Positions 11,952 through 24,379 of a stretch of 64,000 nucleotides of DNA are shown here, piece by piece. How positions within the stretch are numbered: the stretch's first letter is position 1; the number at the start of each line of letters is the position of its first letter. Below the pieces are notes generated by a model that worked only from the letters and a program-made list of their open reading frames with translations, did not search any database and was not told the origin of the DNA. The position numbers were made by a program, and so were the translations under genes. Origin of the DNA: Raillietiella orientalis (taxonomy: Eukaryota); NCBI GenBank assembly GCA_036172245.1, contig JAYWIR010000001.1, forward strand, positions 1,116,001 through 1,180,000, read 5' to 3'.

Positions 11952-12700
11952 TTTCTCACCTGGTGACGCCGGGGTGTTTATTATATAAAAATAAACCAGT
12001 TGGGAACAAAGTTCCCAGCTGACAGCATAAAACAGGGAAGAGTCCACAGACACGCAGGCCGGGACAACGGAAATTCCAGAACGGGGGCGGGACAAAAGGA
12101 AAAAAAAACAAACAAAATGGGTGGGAAGAGGTAGGGATCTCTGGTTTCGCTCGTTTGCACCAGGATAAAAACAAAAAGCACCAAGAAAGTTACGGAGTGA
12201 ATGGGGTTGGGGAATATCGAAAAAAAAATGAAGGGAGGAAGGGGACAAGGATCACTGTGTCCGCAGTTCCACACTGTCCATCAACCGGCGATGCGTGCCC
12301 GTGATCTCCTCCTCAAATTCCTCTTCCAGGTGAGGCTACCTTGCAGCCGCTCTGATGCAGGCGGCTGCCATCCTGGTGACCTCCCTTCGATGCGTTATGG
12401 TTTCGAGCACATGTCAGGCCCCGACGACGGCACGAATGCAACCCATGGTTGCAATAACAGTGCCCGTCGAGAATCCTCTCTGTGCGAAGAACCTCCGCAG
12501 CACGTCTCGGGCTGTGTCCTCCTGGTTGCAGGAGTGCTGTTGCCAGCCTCCGCCACAGTTCCTGGAGGACAACGCAGTCCAGAAGCAGGTGCGGTGGGAT
12601 GGACTACGTCGACCCGCACCTTGCACAGTTCAGAGATGCAACTCCTCCGGAAACGCGGTGCCGTCACTCGTTAGTGGATAAAGAGCAGTATGGCCTACTT
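11952..12700 (-). mobile_element. L1/Tx1-like LINE 3' end
   Basis: Minus strand has a C.LC...HLLLDC-type finger (~12640-12570), VIATMGCIRAVV homologous to VLATMCRIRAIV at ~13725, and a UTR ending AATAAACACCCC. Confidence 0.7.
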
Positions 12701-12709
12701 CCAGGTGAG

Positions 12710-13910
12710 AGGAAACAACAAACCGCCCAAACAATGGGCAGGGACCACAAGAAAGTGACACATGCGCGTGGAAAGCATTAGAAATGTTCAATCTCGAAGG
12801 CTCTGGTGGAATAGAAAGAAAGGAACCTCATGCAGAAGCGAAATCGGATCCCGAATTCACCTTATTATTCGGATATTCACGTGCCACGAGCGTCGGCCAC
12901 CATCCAAGCAGGTGAACCTGCAACCGGATCAGCACCTCGAACGAGAACGGAAGTTCGAGGTTTCCGGAACGCTGGGTGCCGGTTGGGATCGTCGGAAAAG
13001 CTCTCCCGTCTGTGCGCAGCCCGGGATCTTCACCGCCTTCCGTCGGGCACGAAAATTCGGTTCGATTTTCAAGTTTCTCTGCATCTCGTGAGGGATGAGT
13101 GGACGGACGTACTTGCCAAGGAAAAGAGGCACAGTCGAAAGATGTTTCGGCAAACTTCGCTGGAAGATGTGCTTCAGGATCGGGACAAGTGGACCTGCCT
13201 GGCCGCCACTCCCCTTGCTACAGCGCTGTCTGCCCTAAGGGCAAGCGATGACAGTCGCCTACCGGCGGGGTGGAAGGTCTGCACTCTTACCGGAGAAGTC
13301 AGACCCTTGGGCGGCTGGAAGACGAGCGAGCTGGCAGAGGCCGCCCGTAATTGTGCGAAGGGACTCTTTCAGTGGAGCAAACTGTTGAGCGTGTTCCCCC
13401 CTCCCCTTCCTTCCCGGAGAACTTGTGGCCCCCCCTCATGAGTAGAAACATCTGTTCCCCCCTTCGATGGAAGTAGGACGCTTTTCTGCTGTTGCATTGG
13501 GTTTCCATTGCAATCAGCGCGTCCACCTCATTTCCGAGGGAGTTGCCTCCCATAACTGCGGAAGGTGCAGAGCAGCGGAATCGCTCCCGCACCTGCTCTT
13601 CGACTGCGGTGCTCTTCCAAGGACTGTGTCGGAAGCTAACTTCAACGCTTCTGTACCAGGGGGACATTGGGATGGACGTTATGAGCGGCTTCTTTACGCG
13701 TGGCGGTCTATCGGTAGATGCGGTCCTCGCAACGATGTGTCGCATCCGCGCCATCGTCATGGCCCACCACGTGTTGGAGTCGCAAGCTGCCCCAACAGAG
13801 GTCTTCAGGATTGCAGCCGCCAGCATGAGGACGGCTGCTATGTGGCCTCATCAGAGCGAAGAAGCAAAGAAGGATCTCGCCGGCATTCAGCGCCGGTTAT
13901 GAAACGAAGG
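12710..13910 (+). mobile_element. L1/Tx1-like LINE ORF2 C-terminal remnant
   Basis: CGRC...ESLPHLLFDC zinc finger (~13557-13607) and ORF end ...KKDLAGIQRRL* at 13902. Confidence 0.75.
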
Positions 13911-14180
13911 AACGGCCGAAACCAAAATATAAAAAAGATATGGGGAGACAGGGGACAGAAGCAGGTGGGTACCCTCTGGAAAGACAACCCACGAGGGGAG
14001 TATCAACCAGCTCCATAGTACGGCTTTATCTTCACAGCTGGAGGGGAATATGGAAGGACTCCTTGGTTCCTGGAAGGACCCTGGAGGGTCAACTTCCAGT
14101 CCTGCGAGTCATCGTGGGCATCTGGCTTCTATCCGTGCTACAGACGAAGCCTACAGGCCAACCAGAGTCATTTTGATGGA

Positions 14181-14290
14181 GAAACTCGAAACCCGCCACG
14201 CACCTCCTGTTCTCGGAGCCGACTTTTGCCCGGGTGGGATTTGAACCTGCAACGCTTGGAGCCGCGCCTGGAGAGCATGGCCACGCGGCC
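14181..14290 (-). mobile_element. tRNA-derived SINE-like repeat, copy B
   Basis: Minus strand reads ...GCGTTGCAGGTTCAAATCCCACCCGGGC...CCGAGAAC...GTTTCGAGTTTC, matching the B box and tail of copies A and C. Confidence 0.55.
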
Positions 14291-14449
14291 TGTTTTGATT
14301 CCCGCAGGAATGCTAGCTGGCAGCTCTTGTAAGGAGATGCAACAGAGTCTTACCATCCTCCGGATCTTCCGAGCTCCTTTCGGATGCGTTCCCAGCAACA
14401 AAGAACGTTTTCACTGCATCGAACTCTTGTCAGGGTGAAGATCCCGATG

Positions 14450-15420
14450 TCAAAAGGAGCTCGGTTCCGTGCACCAAAAAACGTCCTCCTTCTCCGACAA
14501 CACGGCATTGAAGACTTCAATTCCAAACAGGTTTCTCCGAGTACTGATCTTGGCGAGAACGCCGAGAACCGATAGGGAAAGGCAGTCCATCTGCTGAACA
14601 GAGCAACCTGGTTCTACAAACCCCCCGAGAACCTCCGGCACCGCAATCTGGAATCGCTCTCCCCGACATGAGGTGGGAGGGAAAAAAAAAAAAAAAAAAT
14701 TCGAAAGAAGAACAGTAGCATCCCGCAGATATGAAGTGGAACACGGACGGAGGACGGATCGCACGCTCCGGATGTCCTTCCAGTCGGAGACCAGGGCGAA
14801 GGCGTATCGAGAGCGCGGTAGGGAAGCGCTCGCGACCAATCAAAAATATGGAAGCCAAATCCACACAACACGTAGAGGATTGTTATTTTGCAGCACCACT
14901 CTCCTCAAATGTTCGGGGAACACGTGTACAAAGAATGCAGGCTGCCACCTTTTGAAGTGGTCGTTCCACATTTCTTGGAAGCGCGGTCCTGCCAAATGAT
15001 TGCTTCTTCCTCCTCTTTCGAATACGAGGTGGCATCCCTGCGGCTCTGGCCCGCGATTTCCAGAGCACATTCCCTTCCCCTTCACCTGCTCGTCTGCTTG
15101 CAAAGCAAATCTTCATCTACTTCGAGATCTATGTGTGGAAAAGAACGGACGTTGCTGTGCCTATCTCTACTTAGGCACGTTCCCATTTCCTGAGGAAGGA
15201 GAGAATCCAGGCGGGGAGTGATCCTGAAAAGGATGCCGAGCCTAACTTTGCCGCCGTATCTCAAGAAGATCTGGTGGGCAGTCTGGAGACAGTTTGCACC
15301 GGAAGCACGAAACCTTGCGAGTTCATCACGTGCTCGGACAGCGTCAGGGATTGCGATTTTTCAGCACCACTCGAGAAGCAGATTCGAGAAGCAGGAAGAC
15401 GATGCTCCATGAAAACCTAC
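14450..15420 (-). mobile_element. L1/Tx1-like LINE RT C-terminal/thumb remnant
   Basis: Fragments QIFLRYGGKVRLGI (YLG-like) and FALVSDWKDI, similar to LHLVRDEWTDV in the 12830 ORF. Confidence 0.4.
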
Positions 15421-15561
15421 CGGAACAAAATGACAGACGGTTGCATTCAGACCGGGGACGACCCACCCCCACGATTTAAACGAATCTCACTTGGGCGTGC
15501 AAGCATGGAAGGCGAAACTGAATTGTGTTCAGGCACTCTACCTACACCATGCACAGGAAAA

Positions 15562-16151
15562 GAAGCTGTGATTGAGGGATTTGCTGAGCGAGGGAACGAG
15601 GATGGAAGATGGACCGCGCCCCCAAAATGTTCAAAATGCTCTCTCCTATATGAAGTGGGAAAAAAATTGGGAAAGAAGCAAGACAGGATCTTGGGGAATC
15701 ACTTTTCAGATGGAATTGAGAATGAAGGGAGAAGAAAGGAACATCTGAACTATCAACGAAGGGGTTGCGCTTACAAATCAGCCTGATCTGCTCACACGAT
15801 CTTCTTAAGCATAGAAGAACCAACTCCAACCCTAGCTGCACCAACTGAGCAGTGTCAAAGTCGAAATGGCGCAGAGGAGTGAGGAGTTACTTGAAGTCCA
15901 AGAAGTTATCGTATCTGTTGTTCTAGGTCCTGTTCGACTTTACGAAAAGCACGGCACCCACACTGCTGTTTTTGTTCCTTTCTCCCGTCATTCTCAATTC
16001 CATCTGAAAAGTGATTCCCCAAGATCCTGTCTTGCTTCTTTCCCAAGTTTTTTCCCACTTCATATAGGAGAGAGCATTTTGAACATTTTGGGGGAGCGGT
16101 CCACCTTCCATCCTCGTTCCCTCGCTCAGCATATCCCTCAATCACAGCTTC
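15562..16151. repeat. ~180-bp inverted repeat (arms 15562-15743 and 15973-16151, ~230-bp spacer)
   Basis: The arms are reverse complements differing by about 5 substitutions and one 3-bp indel. ORFs 15274+ and 15906- give near-identical peptides. Confidence 0.95.
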
Positions 16152-16700
16152 AACAAGGACTGCATCCAATTAAAGAAAGGAAACCCTTACCGTCCTACAA
16201 AAAGATTCACTTTGTATCAGCAGTGACGTGGCAGAAATCGCTCAGGACAGACTGCTCTCGGTCCCCAAATGGGAATTCAGGGCTGTTAGGAAAAAGCTCA
16301 ATTGGCAGGCCAAAGGAAACACGCAGCGCATCTTCGAGCAAACACCCCGTGGCTCCGGTCAGGTGCGCCATGAAGGAACCTCGGATCCTTCGTCCGTCTA
16401 CGGTTAAATGCAAATTCGATGCAAGCGATCATTTTCTCTGTGGCAAGAGCATCCGATGGCGTGGATGGTCAGAAGTCACGAAACTGACCATTGGAAATTG
16501 GGATCTCCCAAACAACCTCGCAGGTAATGAAAATGACGCTGGTAACACGAATGCAATCAGGATAAAATAAAGAGTCCTGCATTGCCTGCAGCATATATGA
16601 AAGTAGCTGCAGAGAATCCGAAACGAATCGAAAGGAACAAAAACAACACACTCTCTGGAGTTCTTTTTTTGTAAAGTCGAACAGGAGCTCGGACAACAGA
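15744..16700 (-). mobile_element. Decayed BEL/Pao LTR retrotransposon (protease to RT start)
   Basis: LTVDGRRIRG...TGA (retropepsin-like), EDGRWTAPPK (DGRY.V.LP), LVLLCLRR...ADL*A (LLRFR...ADI.KAF). Collinear with and probably the 5' part of the 3780-7500 element. Confidence 0.55.
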
Positions 16701-16749
16701 TACGATAACTTCTTGGACTTCGAATCAAGCCAGGAAAAAATGCAAGTTA

Positions 16750-18000
16750 TTTAGAAAATAAAACTCCAAGAGTGTAGGACGATAAAATATCCAGGAATGT
16801 ATCGTTCCCTCTTTTGTCAGACGACAGTAATGGAGAGAAATGATTTAAAAGTGTAAGTCGGAAGATACCAGCGTGTCAATTTTCTGTGAAAAGAATAAAA
16901 GTTAATTGGTAGAATGGAGTACTTTTTTCAAGTACTTCGTTGTGCAGTGCCCTATTATTCGACATTTCTTGAGAGGGAAAGAAGAACCTCAGAAATTCAA
17001 AGAAGCTAGTCCAAGTCCAGGTCCAGACAGAGGTCTCGAATAAAAGCGAAAGAAGATCTCCGGGAACCTAGAAAAAACGATGACAGTTATCAAAGCATCG
17101 GCGCTAGCATCAACTCAACAAAGTGAGAGGATTTAGGTCCGAGTGGAATGAATGGTACTTGAGTGGAATGGCCTTAGGCAACCTATAGAGATTGTTTCGT
17201 GCATCCCTATAACGGCTAAGTCGGATCTCCTGCACGAAAAAAGCGAGAAAATCTCAAAAAGATATGGAAAACATCAGAAGTGAGGAGTGTGCCCTCAGCA
17301 ACTGTTGAAAGAGTGATCCCGGACATAGGAACCCAATGGAGAAAGGGGTTCCAGCTGTTCACCCGCCCAACTTTCGACCACGAGACCTTCGAGATGCAGG
17401 TGGTAGGCTCGAATACATAGAAAAAATTATTTTTACCGTGGGTTGTGCCTAGAATAAAGAATGATCCCTACTGGTATAACACACTGTTTAGCTTTTCTTA
17501 TAAGGGTTTTTTTTTTTTTATAAAGGCAGAAAAGTGAGACAATAGAGTTCTTGCTAAGGAAAAAGTGTGAGGAAACAGGGAATGAACTATTGGAATGTTT
17601 ATAATCTGCTATAAGGACTACGACCAACCTACACGATATGAAACCTGTGGGGAAGAGAGAATTGGAAATTAATTTTGCGAATTGTCTGTCTTGGAGATGA
17701 AATTCCATTCCCGCTCCTAAGAGACTTGGATATCTTCCAATAGGCAACCTCAAGAGTGAATTTTTTGGTTAGAATGGACTGATGACTAGTGGCTAAAGAT
17801 TCAAACAATAATGGATAGAGTAAAATGTTGGTATTCGCGAAAGATACACAGCTTTCTGTACAGAAACTGCTGATCAACAAAACAAAAGTACATCTACACT
17901 CTTAAGCTGTTCTACACTGTATCTAGCCGTCGGGATATGGAAGAATTGACCAATACGCCATAGAAAAGTAGAAATGGAACTCTCGCAATGGTTTCATTCC
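16750..18000 (+). mobile_element. Decayed L1/Tx1-like reverse transcriptase
   Basis: Ordered degenerate motifs SPGPD (~17015), RQPIEIV (RPI.L), TFDHE (AFD), KRLGY (YLG), W..R..LS..LLIN (~17830-17880). Confidence 0.5.
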
Positions 18001-18399
18001 CAACTGACGGGATGAAGTTAAAAAAATAAAAAAGTAAATGAAATGAAATGCAGAAACCACAAACAGGCACGATCTCGAACTGAAAGCCAAGTGTGGAATC
18101 GTGTCAAGTTCATTTCGAAATTTACGTCAACAACCTTCCTCAACTTATTTGGTTGAAACTTCTGGGCAGGTTTGCACAGAAAAAAGCCATACCGTTTGCT
18201 GCTTCGCGCTCTGCCAGGACAAAATCAACACGCCAGTGCGAAGCTTCACGAGACCCTGGTCCAAGAGATTTCACTGCAGTGATTCCGGTCGAGCTTTCAA
18301 CCGGTCACGCCGGGGCGCTTTCTGTGAAAGACGCATCTTTTGTCGGTACATCTTCCATCCACCCTTCCTATGGTGACGGCACAGTCCCACTACTTCCGC

Positions 18400-18680
18400 G
18401 TGTTCTGGAGTTCTTTGCTCGGAGAGGTCCGCGCAGGGAAGTCAGGGGGAAGGGGTGATAAACCAAAAAGGGAAAAGCGTTAAAATGTTCGGGGAGGGGG
18501 GAGGGGGAGGATCACAGATTGTTCCCTGGTTGCCTCTGCATCCTCTCAGGAATGCCGGCAAGTTCCTCCTGGTTGTGCCTCAGGTGCGGCGGCCATCTCC
18601 CCGCGAATTTTTAACGACGAGAAGACGAAGACTCCTGGACTATTCCGGTTTCTGTTGTCAGGGTGATTCGAGTTGAATGA
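18400..18680 (-). mobile_element. L1/Tx1-like LINE 3' end fragment
   Basis: GGATCAC...CCTCTGCATCCTCTCAGGAATGCCGGCAAGTTCCT matches 9846-9903 and the reverse complement of 8465-8520. Confidence 0.7.
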
Positions 18681-20228
18681 TCGATTCAACACACGACTCT
18701 CCCAAGGCTGCCGTGGCAACGCGTGAGTTGTCCGTGCAATGATACTTTGCTTGCAGAATTGGTTTCCTCTCGCCTAACCGTGTGTGATCGTGTAGAAACA
18801 ACTTTAATTTTTCTTCTTCTTCCCCAGCATCTCAACGACGTGGACGTTGAGGCCTTGTTTTTGCTCCGAATACTTTCCCCTGCTTTTATCTTCCAAATCA
18901 TTAAATACATGAAATCTGCTTTTACAGTTTCTTGAACTGTTTCATTTTTATGTAGAGTTCCCATTGTGCTATAGCCTCTAAGAGCTATGCCTTTTACATT
19001 TACATTTCTTGTGTTAACATCAAAGTCTCAACATTAAGCAATTACTACGACAAATATTACTATGCTGAGCAACAGTTTGGTCCACAGCATCGTGGTAAGC
19101 TTAATTCTTTTCCGGAGAAAACATTTTTTTCTTGAACACTCTCCTTCTAAGAAGTTTTAAGCACATGGGGCGTTTGCAAAAAATGGAATTCCTTAACTCT
19201 TAATAAATACGAACTGATGTGATTTGCGATGCTAGCAGTACATTAAGAGAACATAAAATTCGACATCAGCAACAAACTAATAATAAAATATCTTTATGTG
19301 ATAGTTTATTTTGTCTGGTACACAGCATCCGCTTCCATAATTTTGTAACACATTTTTAAGAATGGTAACATACTATGATATCTATGATGCTATGATATAC
19401 TATGATAACACCCTAAGATATGATTTTCTTTTCATCATACATCGGAAAAGCAAATAATTATCCAATGTTAGACATCAGGATAACCAATCAAAAATCTGCT
19501 CAAAAAACAAAATTGCAAAGGTTTCAAAAATTCCAAAACATTTAAACAAAAAATGGAATGAATTAAAACTTAACGTATTCAAGATCCTTCTGATCTCTAA
19601 TCTTTACTGAGATGAATTCCAGCACAAGAATACAGTTTGTATTGATAAAGAGAGTATCGTTTTCGTATTAACTACCAAGATAAAAAATGATTTGATGGCT
19701 AAAACTGCCTCTTCTTGATAAGTTACTTGAATTCCAACCCATATTTGCAGTTTCCATTTTACATGGACAAACAGATTTTGGGGTTCACATTTGTGTACAA
19801 CAAATTTAATTCTGATAACTACTTTCCCAAAACAAAAAATGCATTCTTTATCAAAATTTTCATCTGTCAATTCATTAATACACTACAAAAATCACTACAA
19901 AAGATGCTTTATGATTCTTCTCTGCATTAATCCTGAATGCAAAATTGCCAGGTCCAGTAATTAACAATGTCATATTAAAAAATCATAATGCAATTCAGTA
20001 AGCTACTGTAAGGCTGATCTTCTAGAGAATGTAAAAACACACACTTTTATTGTCTCTGTCCATGGTACCTTATAAACTTTCTCACATGTTTGGGTTGCAT
20101 GCAGCTCCATTCTGTTCTTTCCGAGCATTATTACATCTTGCAAAAGTACTTGAAAACAAATACATAAACTGGGAATAAGAATTACAAACTGGCAAGAATT
20201 AATAAAGGAGAGGAAAACAGGATAAATA

Positions 20229-21017
20229 CTAAATCACATTTGGTTTTTTAGGGGGAACGTTGTCTGCAGTCTCCATGCTTGAGCTTCGTTTTAGTTGATT
20301 ATCTTTCAGGCAGATATCTTCCTTATTTGAAAACTGGAATATACATACCAAATTCAATTATAAAAATCCGCTTAATCTATTTCATACTTTGAATACAGAG
20401 CTGCTGGCATATTTCGTTGTCCATTCCCGGGCTTTCTGCATATAAAGATCCTTACTATTACAGTATTCTTTAGCCTAGAGAGACAAATCACACTATTCAT
20501 TGAAGATTTGAAAATAAATTACAATCTCAACTTCTAAAGGATCTTCAGTGTTGGGTTCACTCATCAAAACTTGAATAGACATCAGTACGGTACCAATGTT
20601 TAAGGATGGTCTCCAACCTTTTGCTTCCAAAATGTCTAGACATATTCTTCCTGATGAATCAACATTAGGATGATAGATGGGAGTTATGAAGGTGATCTTT
20701 GGAGGTTCAAATGGATAGCTTCATTTTTTTTTTTTATTTTCCCGAAAAAACTACAGCCCACATATACCTTTTGGGGACTTCTACTTTTAACTTGAACACA
20801 CCTCCTTCAAACGGTGTATTAGAAGAGCCCAAAATACCTTAAAAACAAAGATTGTTGCTCTTTTCAGCTGAAAAGCAAGCAATGTCTTACAAGCTTCAAA
20901 TTCTGCTGAATCTTTATTCATGATGCACGAGATATTCGGTGGAGGATGTTCTCGCATCATAGCTATTTCTTTCATAATCCTGTTGGAAAAAATCACACTT
21001 GAATCTTTCGCAAACAT
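20229..21017 (-). CDS. UBE2T: Ubiquitin-conjugating enzyme E2 T (Fanconi anaemia pathway E2), ~194 aa, 5 exons
   Basis: Exons 21017-20891, 20837-20768, 20718-20523, 20474-20388, 20333-20229, with GT-AG introns and a continuous frame. Contains [40 protein letters not shown] (catalytic Cys), [22 protein letters not shown]. Start codon is uncertain. Confidence 0.92.
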
Positions 21018-24000
21018 CCTTCCGTCAAAATTCAAATCGGCCTTCTAGAATTTGAAAGCAGGCTTACTCATGAAACAAAAGTAACAACGAATTGATGGAA
21101 TCTAAATCTTGTGCACATTATTTAGGAAACCATTATGGAATAGTAATTCGGAATTAGTAGAATATGATATTTCTAATTCATACCACTGACGGATGCAAAA
21201 TATGGATGGCATAATTTTCTTTGACAATTACGTATATTTATTATATTATTTCAACGTGAACTTTACACGCGAAAAAACATTATATTGCACAGTCCTGGTA
21301 CTAATTCAAAACTAGTGCTTATGTACATTAATCTAAGTTTGAGTGATATCGATTTTCCCTTTGCATCATGCAGAGTTCAGATATTCATAGCAAACCGACA
21401 GAAGAATGTACAAATGATAAATGATTGATTGCAGCGCACCTTAAAAGTTAAGCAAACCAAAGAACGAACGGAATTACATTTTTTTAAAAGATTGCATTCC
21501 CTGTAATCGATTTATAAGCATCCTCAAAAACCTTCTGAAAGCTATGTACCATTTTTGCAAATAGGATAGAGATGGTTTTGAGGTAAGGATGTTTTCTTTA
21601 TTTCAAAAATGACGCCTAGATTGCGAGATCATTCTTGGGGACTTTTTTCAAAAGATGATCAAGTAGAATATAAAAAAAAACTCACGTCTTAGGATACTAA
21701 CCTAATCTAACCAGTTAGAATTTTGCTGGAGTTTTAGCATGAACTTAATCGAAATTTTAACAAGGACTCAATGGAAAAAAAGTCACTGGATTAAAGTAAA
21801 ATGAATTGAAAGAGCAGGATAAAGTTCAGGTTTACAGAATTAAAATTCTACTTGCCTTACTCGTGAACTTTTTTATTGTTATGACAATTGATTCGTTCCT
21901 TTGTTCTCATAAAATGCAAACTTCCGATCCCACATTGGTGAGATTCAAAATGAAAAATAGAGTAGTGAGCACACTGATACATCAAAATAAAATTCTTGAA
22001 GCAAGGAAAAGAAATGTTATTAAGGATTTTCGATTTTTTATTGATTTCATTTTTCTGCATACGTTGAGTATCGATGATGTAAGCAATTCCATCCTGCATT
22101 CCATCCTAGTTAGTAGTTTGGACTGATTTAAAATAATTCACCTATCTTAAAATAATTCACATCCACGTAAGGATAACATGAAGGGAAGAAACAAACTTGC
22201 AAACTACTTGACGCAAGGTCCGTCATATCTAGAGCTTTTTCACAAATGAGAAATGTGCATGCTAAATGTGCGTAACTCTCAATCAGATCACTTGCGGTAT
22301 TCTTGAGGCTCACAGAAATGATGAATCACGAAAGATCTGCTGCTGAAAATGTCGATCATAGAAACAGAAGATCCAGATGGTCCTTTGTAGCTCGTCACTC
22401 GTCACTGCAGCTTCCCTGGTTGCTGGCAACTCTTATTCATTAATCGCAATGAGGATGAAAATGCTGGGTTCCACCTCTGCAATTCGTCGTCCATTCACAT
22501 CGGTTATATTAGATTTCAAAGGCTCAAAAGCAGTAGATAATCAACAATGACCAAAAACGTTGTACCAACAGCTTCCGATGGTTCATATAAAGGCACAGCT
22601 CAAATTACATCGCCCAAATGATCAAAGAGGGTTGTATGTGTGAAAAAAGCAAGGTAGCTGGTCATAAAAACAAAAAAATTATCTTAAAATAACACTGAGA
22701 GATGGTAACGTATGGGAGAAAAAGTAAAACGGTACACAAAATAACATGCTGAGAAACCTATTTTACAGCATTCCTCCAGTTAGGCACTAATTCGAGTTAG
22801 AATAAGTCGGTAGCATGCATGAAGTTTGAGAAGCCTAAAATAGGGCCATTCCATTTGGACAGTGTTAACTGATTTAAAAATTCTTCAGTCTGAAAAAAAT
22901 TACAAATTTTTTAAATATCAAAATTTGCTAAGTGAAACATTAAGATTTGAAATCTGCATTTAAAGCAATCTTCAAAACTGAAGATTTTGATTTCTACAGG
23001 CAGATGTACAATAACTACCTATTATTGAAGGATGCTGAAAATCAGTTCTGAGAATGTATTGGTACATGAGAGAGCAAGTCCTTAGTTACATATAAAAATG
23101 CTTTAAAACAAACATGTATGGTGTACTTTCCTAGTACATAAAGTGCCCCAGCAGCTTTTTATTTAGCATTCAGTGATCAAATTGACTCCTATGGCACTAT
23201 AACAATTTCACGTGACTTTCTTTTTTGATCACAAGTTTGCAACCTAACTATAGAAACAATGATTAGCATTTAAAATTTCATTGATTCTTTAGTTCACACC
23301 AACACTATGCTGAGCCTGATGCTGCTACTTGACTATCTAATTCGGGAATAAACTAAATGCTAAAACTGATTCTTTGACAAAAGTAAGCAGGCCTGGAATC
23401 CACATTTCTTCGGCAACATATTTCCCACCTTGCATTCTGCATTCACTTGATACAGAAAGCAACATACTTAGATAATGAACAAGCAACTAGCAAAAACAAA
23501 TGCTGCTCCTAAGCATATACCAATGCATCCACATGACAATTCTTTCAAAATCTTTAACTTGTTTTTGCCATAGACCTAGGGATCTCGTACTTCTAACATG
23601 AAATTTCAAAGTTCTGAATGATTTTGAGGTATGGAATTTGGTCTTTACAACACTGTACATTCCATAACACTATGAAAAACTGCACACAGCTTTTCATGAT
23701 ACATAGTGAAGCATACCAGATATGCAAAAATCTGATTTAGAAAAAGGTTTCAAAAACCAAAAACTTGCTATAAAAGATTAAAAAAATAAGAGTTACTTGT
23801 TCTTAACGAATGTTTCATATTTTCTCACTTTTATCTATAAGATTCCACCATTAGCAAACTGAAATTTATAATTAATAAGAAAATATTCCTGCCAAAAGCA
23901 TGAAGTGGCATTTTGTCCTTTTTTTTTTTATATACAATAAACATCATGGTAATTAGCTCAGGGTTTTAACAGCATTTTCTCAATGCCATTTTTCATTCAA

Positions 24001-24379
24001 TTTGGAATTGAAAGCAAGCCAAGAAAATCCTTGAAAAAATAAATGTGATTCAGAAGTGTACTGTGCTTTCACAGGAACTTTCAATATGGCTTATTTTGAA
24101 CTACACAAATACTTACTGACACACAATATCCAACAGACTGTTGATGGAAAGGAAACATTGAAAAGCAGCCAAACAAAAACTAAGTATTTCAACATAAATT
24201 CCCATGAAAAAAGAAAAAACCTGAAACTTTTTAATTTATGATTAGAAATAATTGCCTTAATATCATTCACTATGTTGACATGTTGACCTATTTTTGGATT
24301 GAGCTGTTGAAAGTAACTACAATCAAATATCAGTTTTTATAATCAGCAATGCTTTGTTGCAAATACAAGCCAAGTCCAT

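Noticed and set aside
22760..22892. In-frame TGA as possible selenocysteine codon
   Set aside because: No recognisable selenoprotein homology or SECIS; the frame itself is unsupported.
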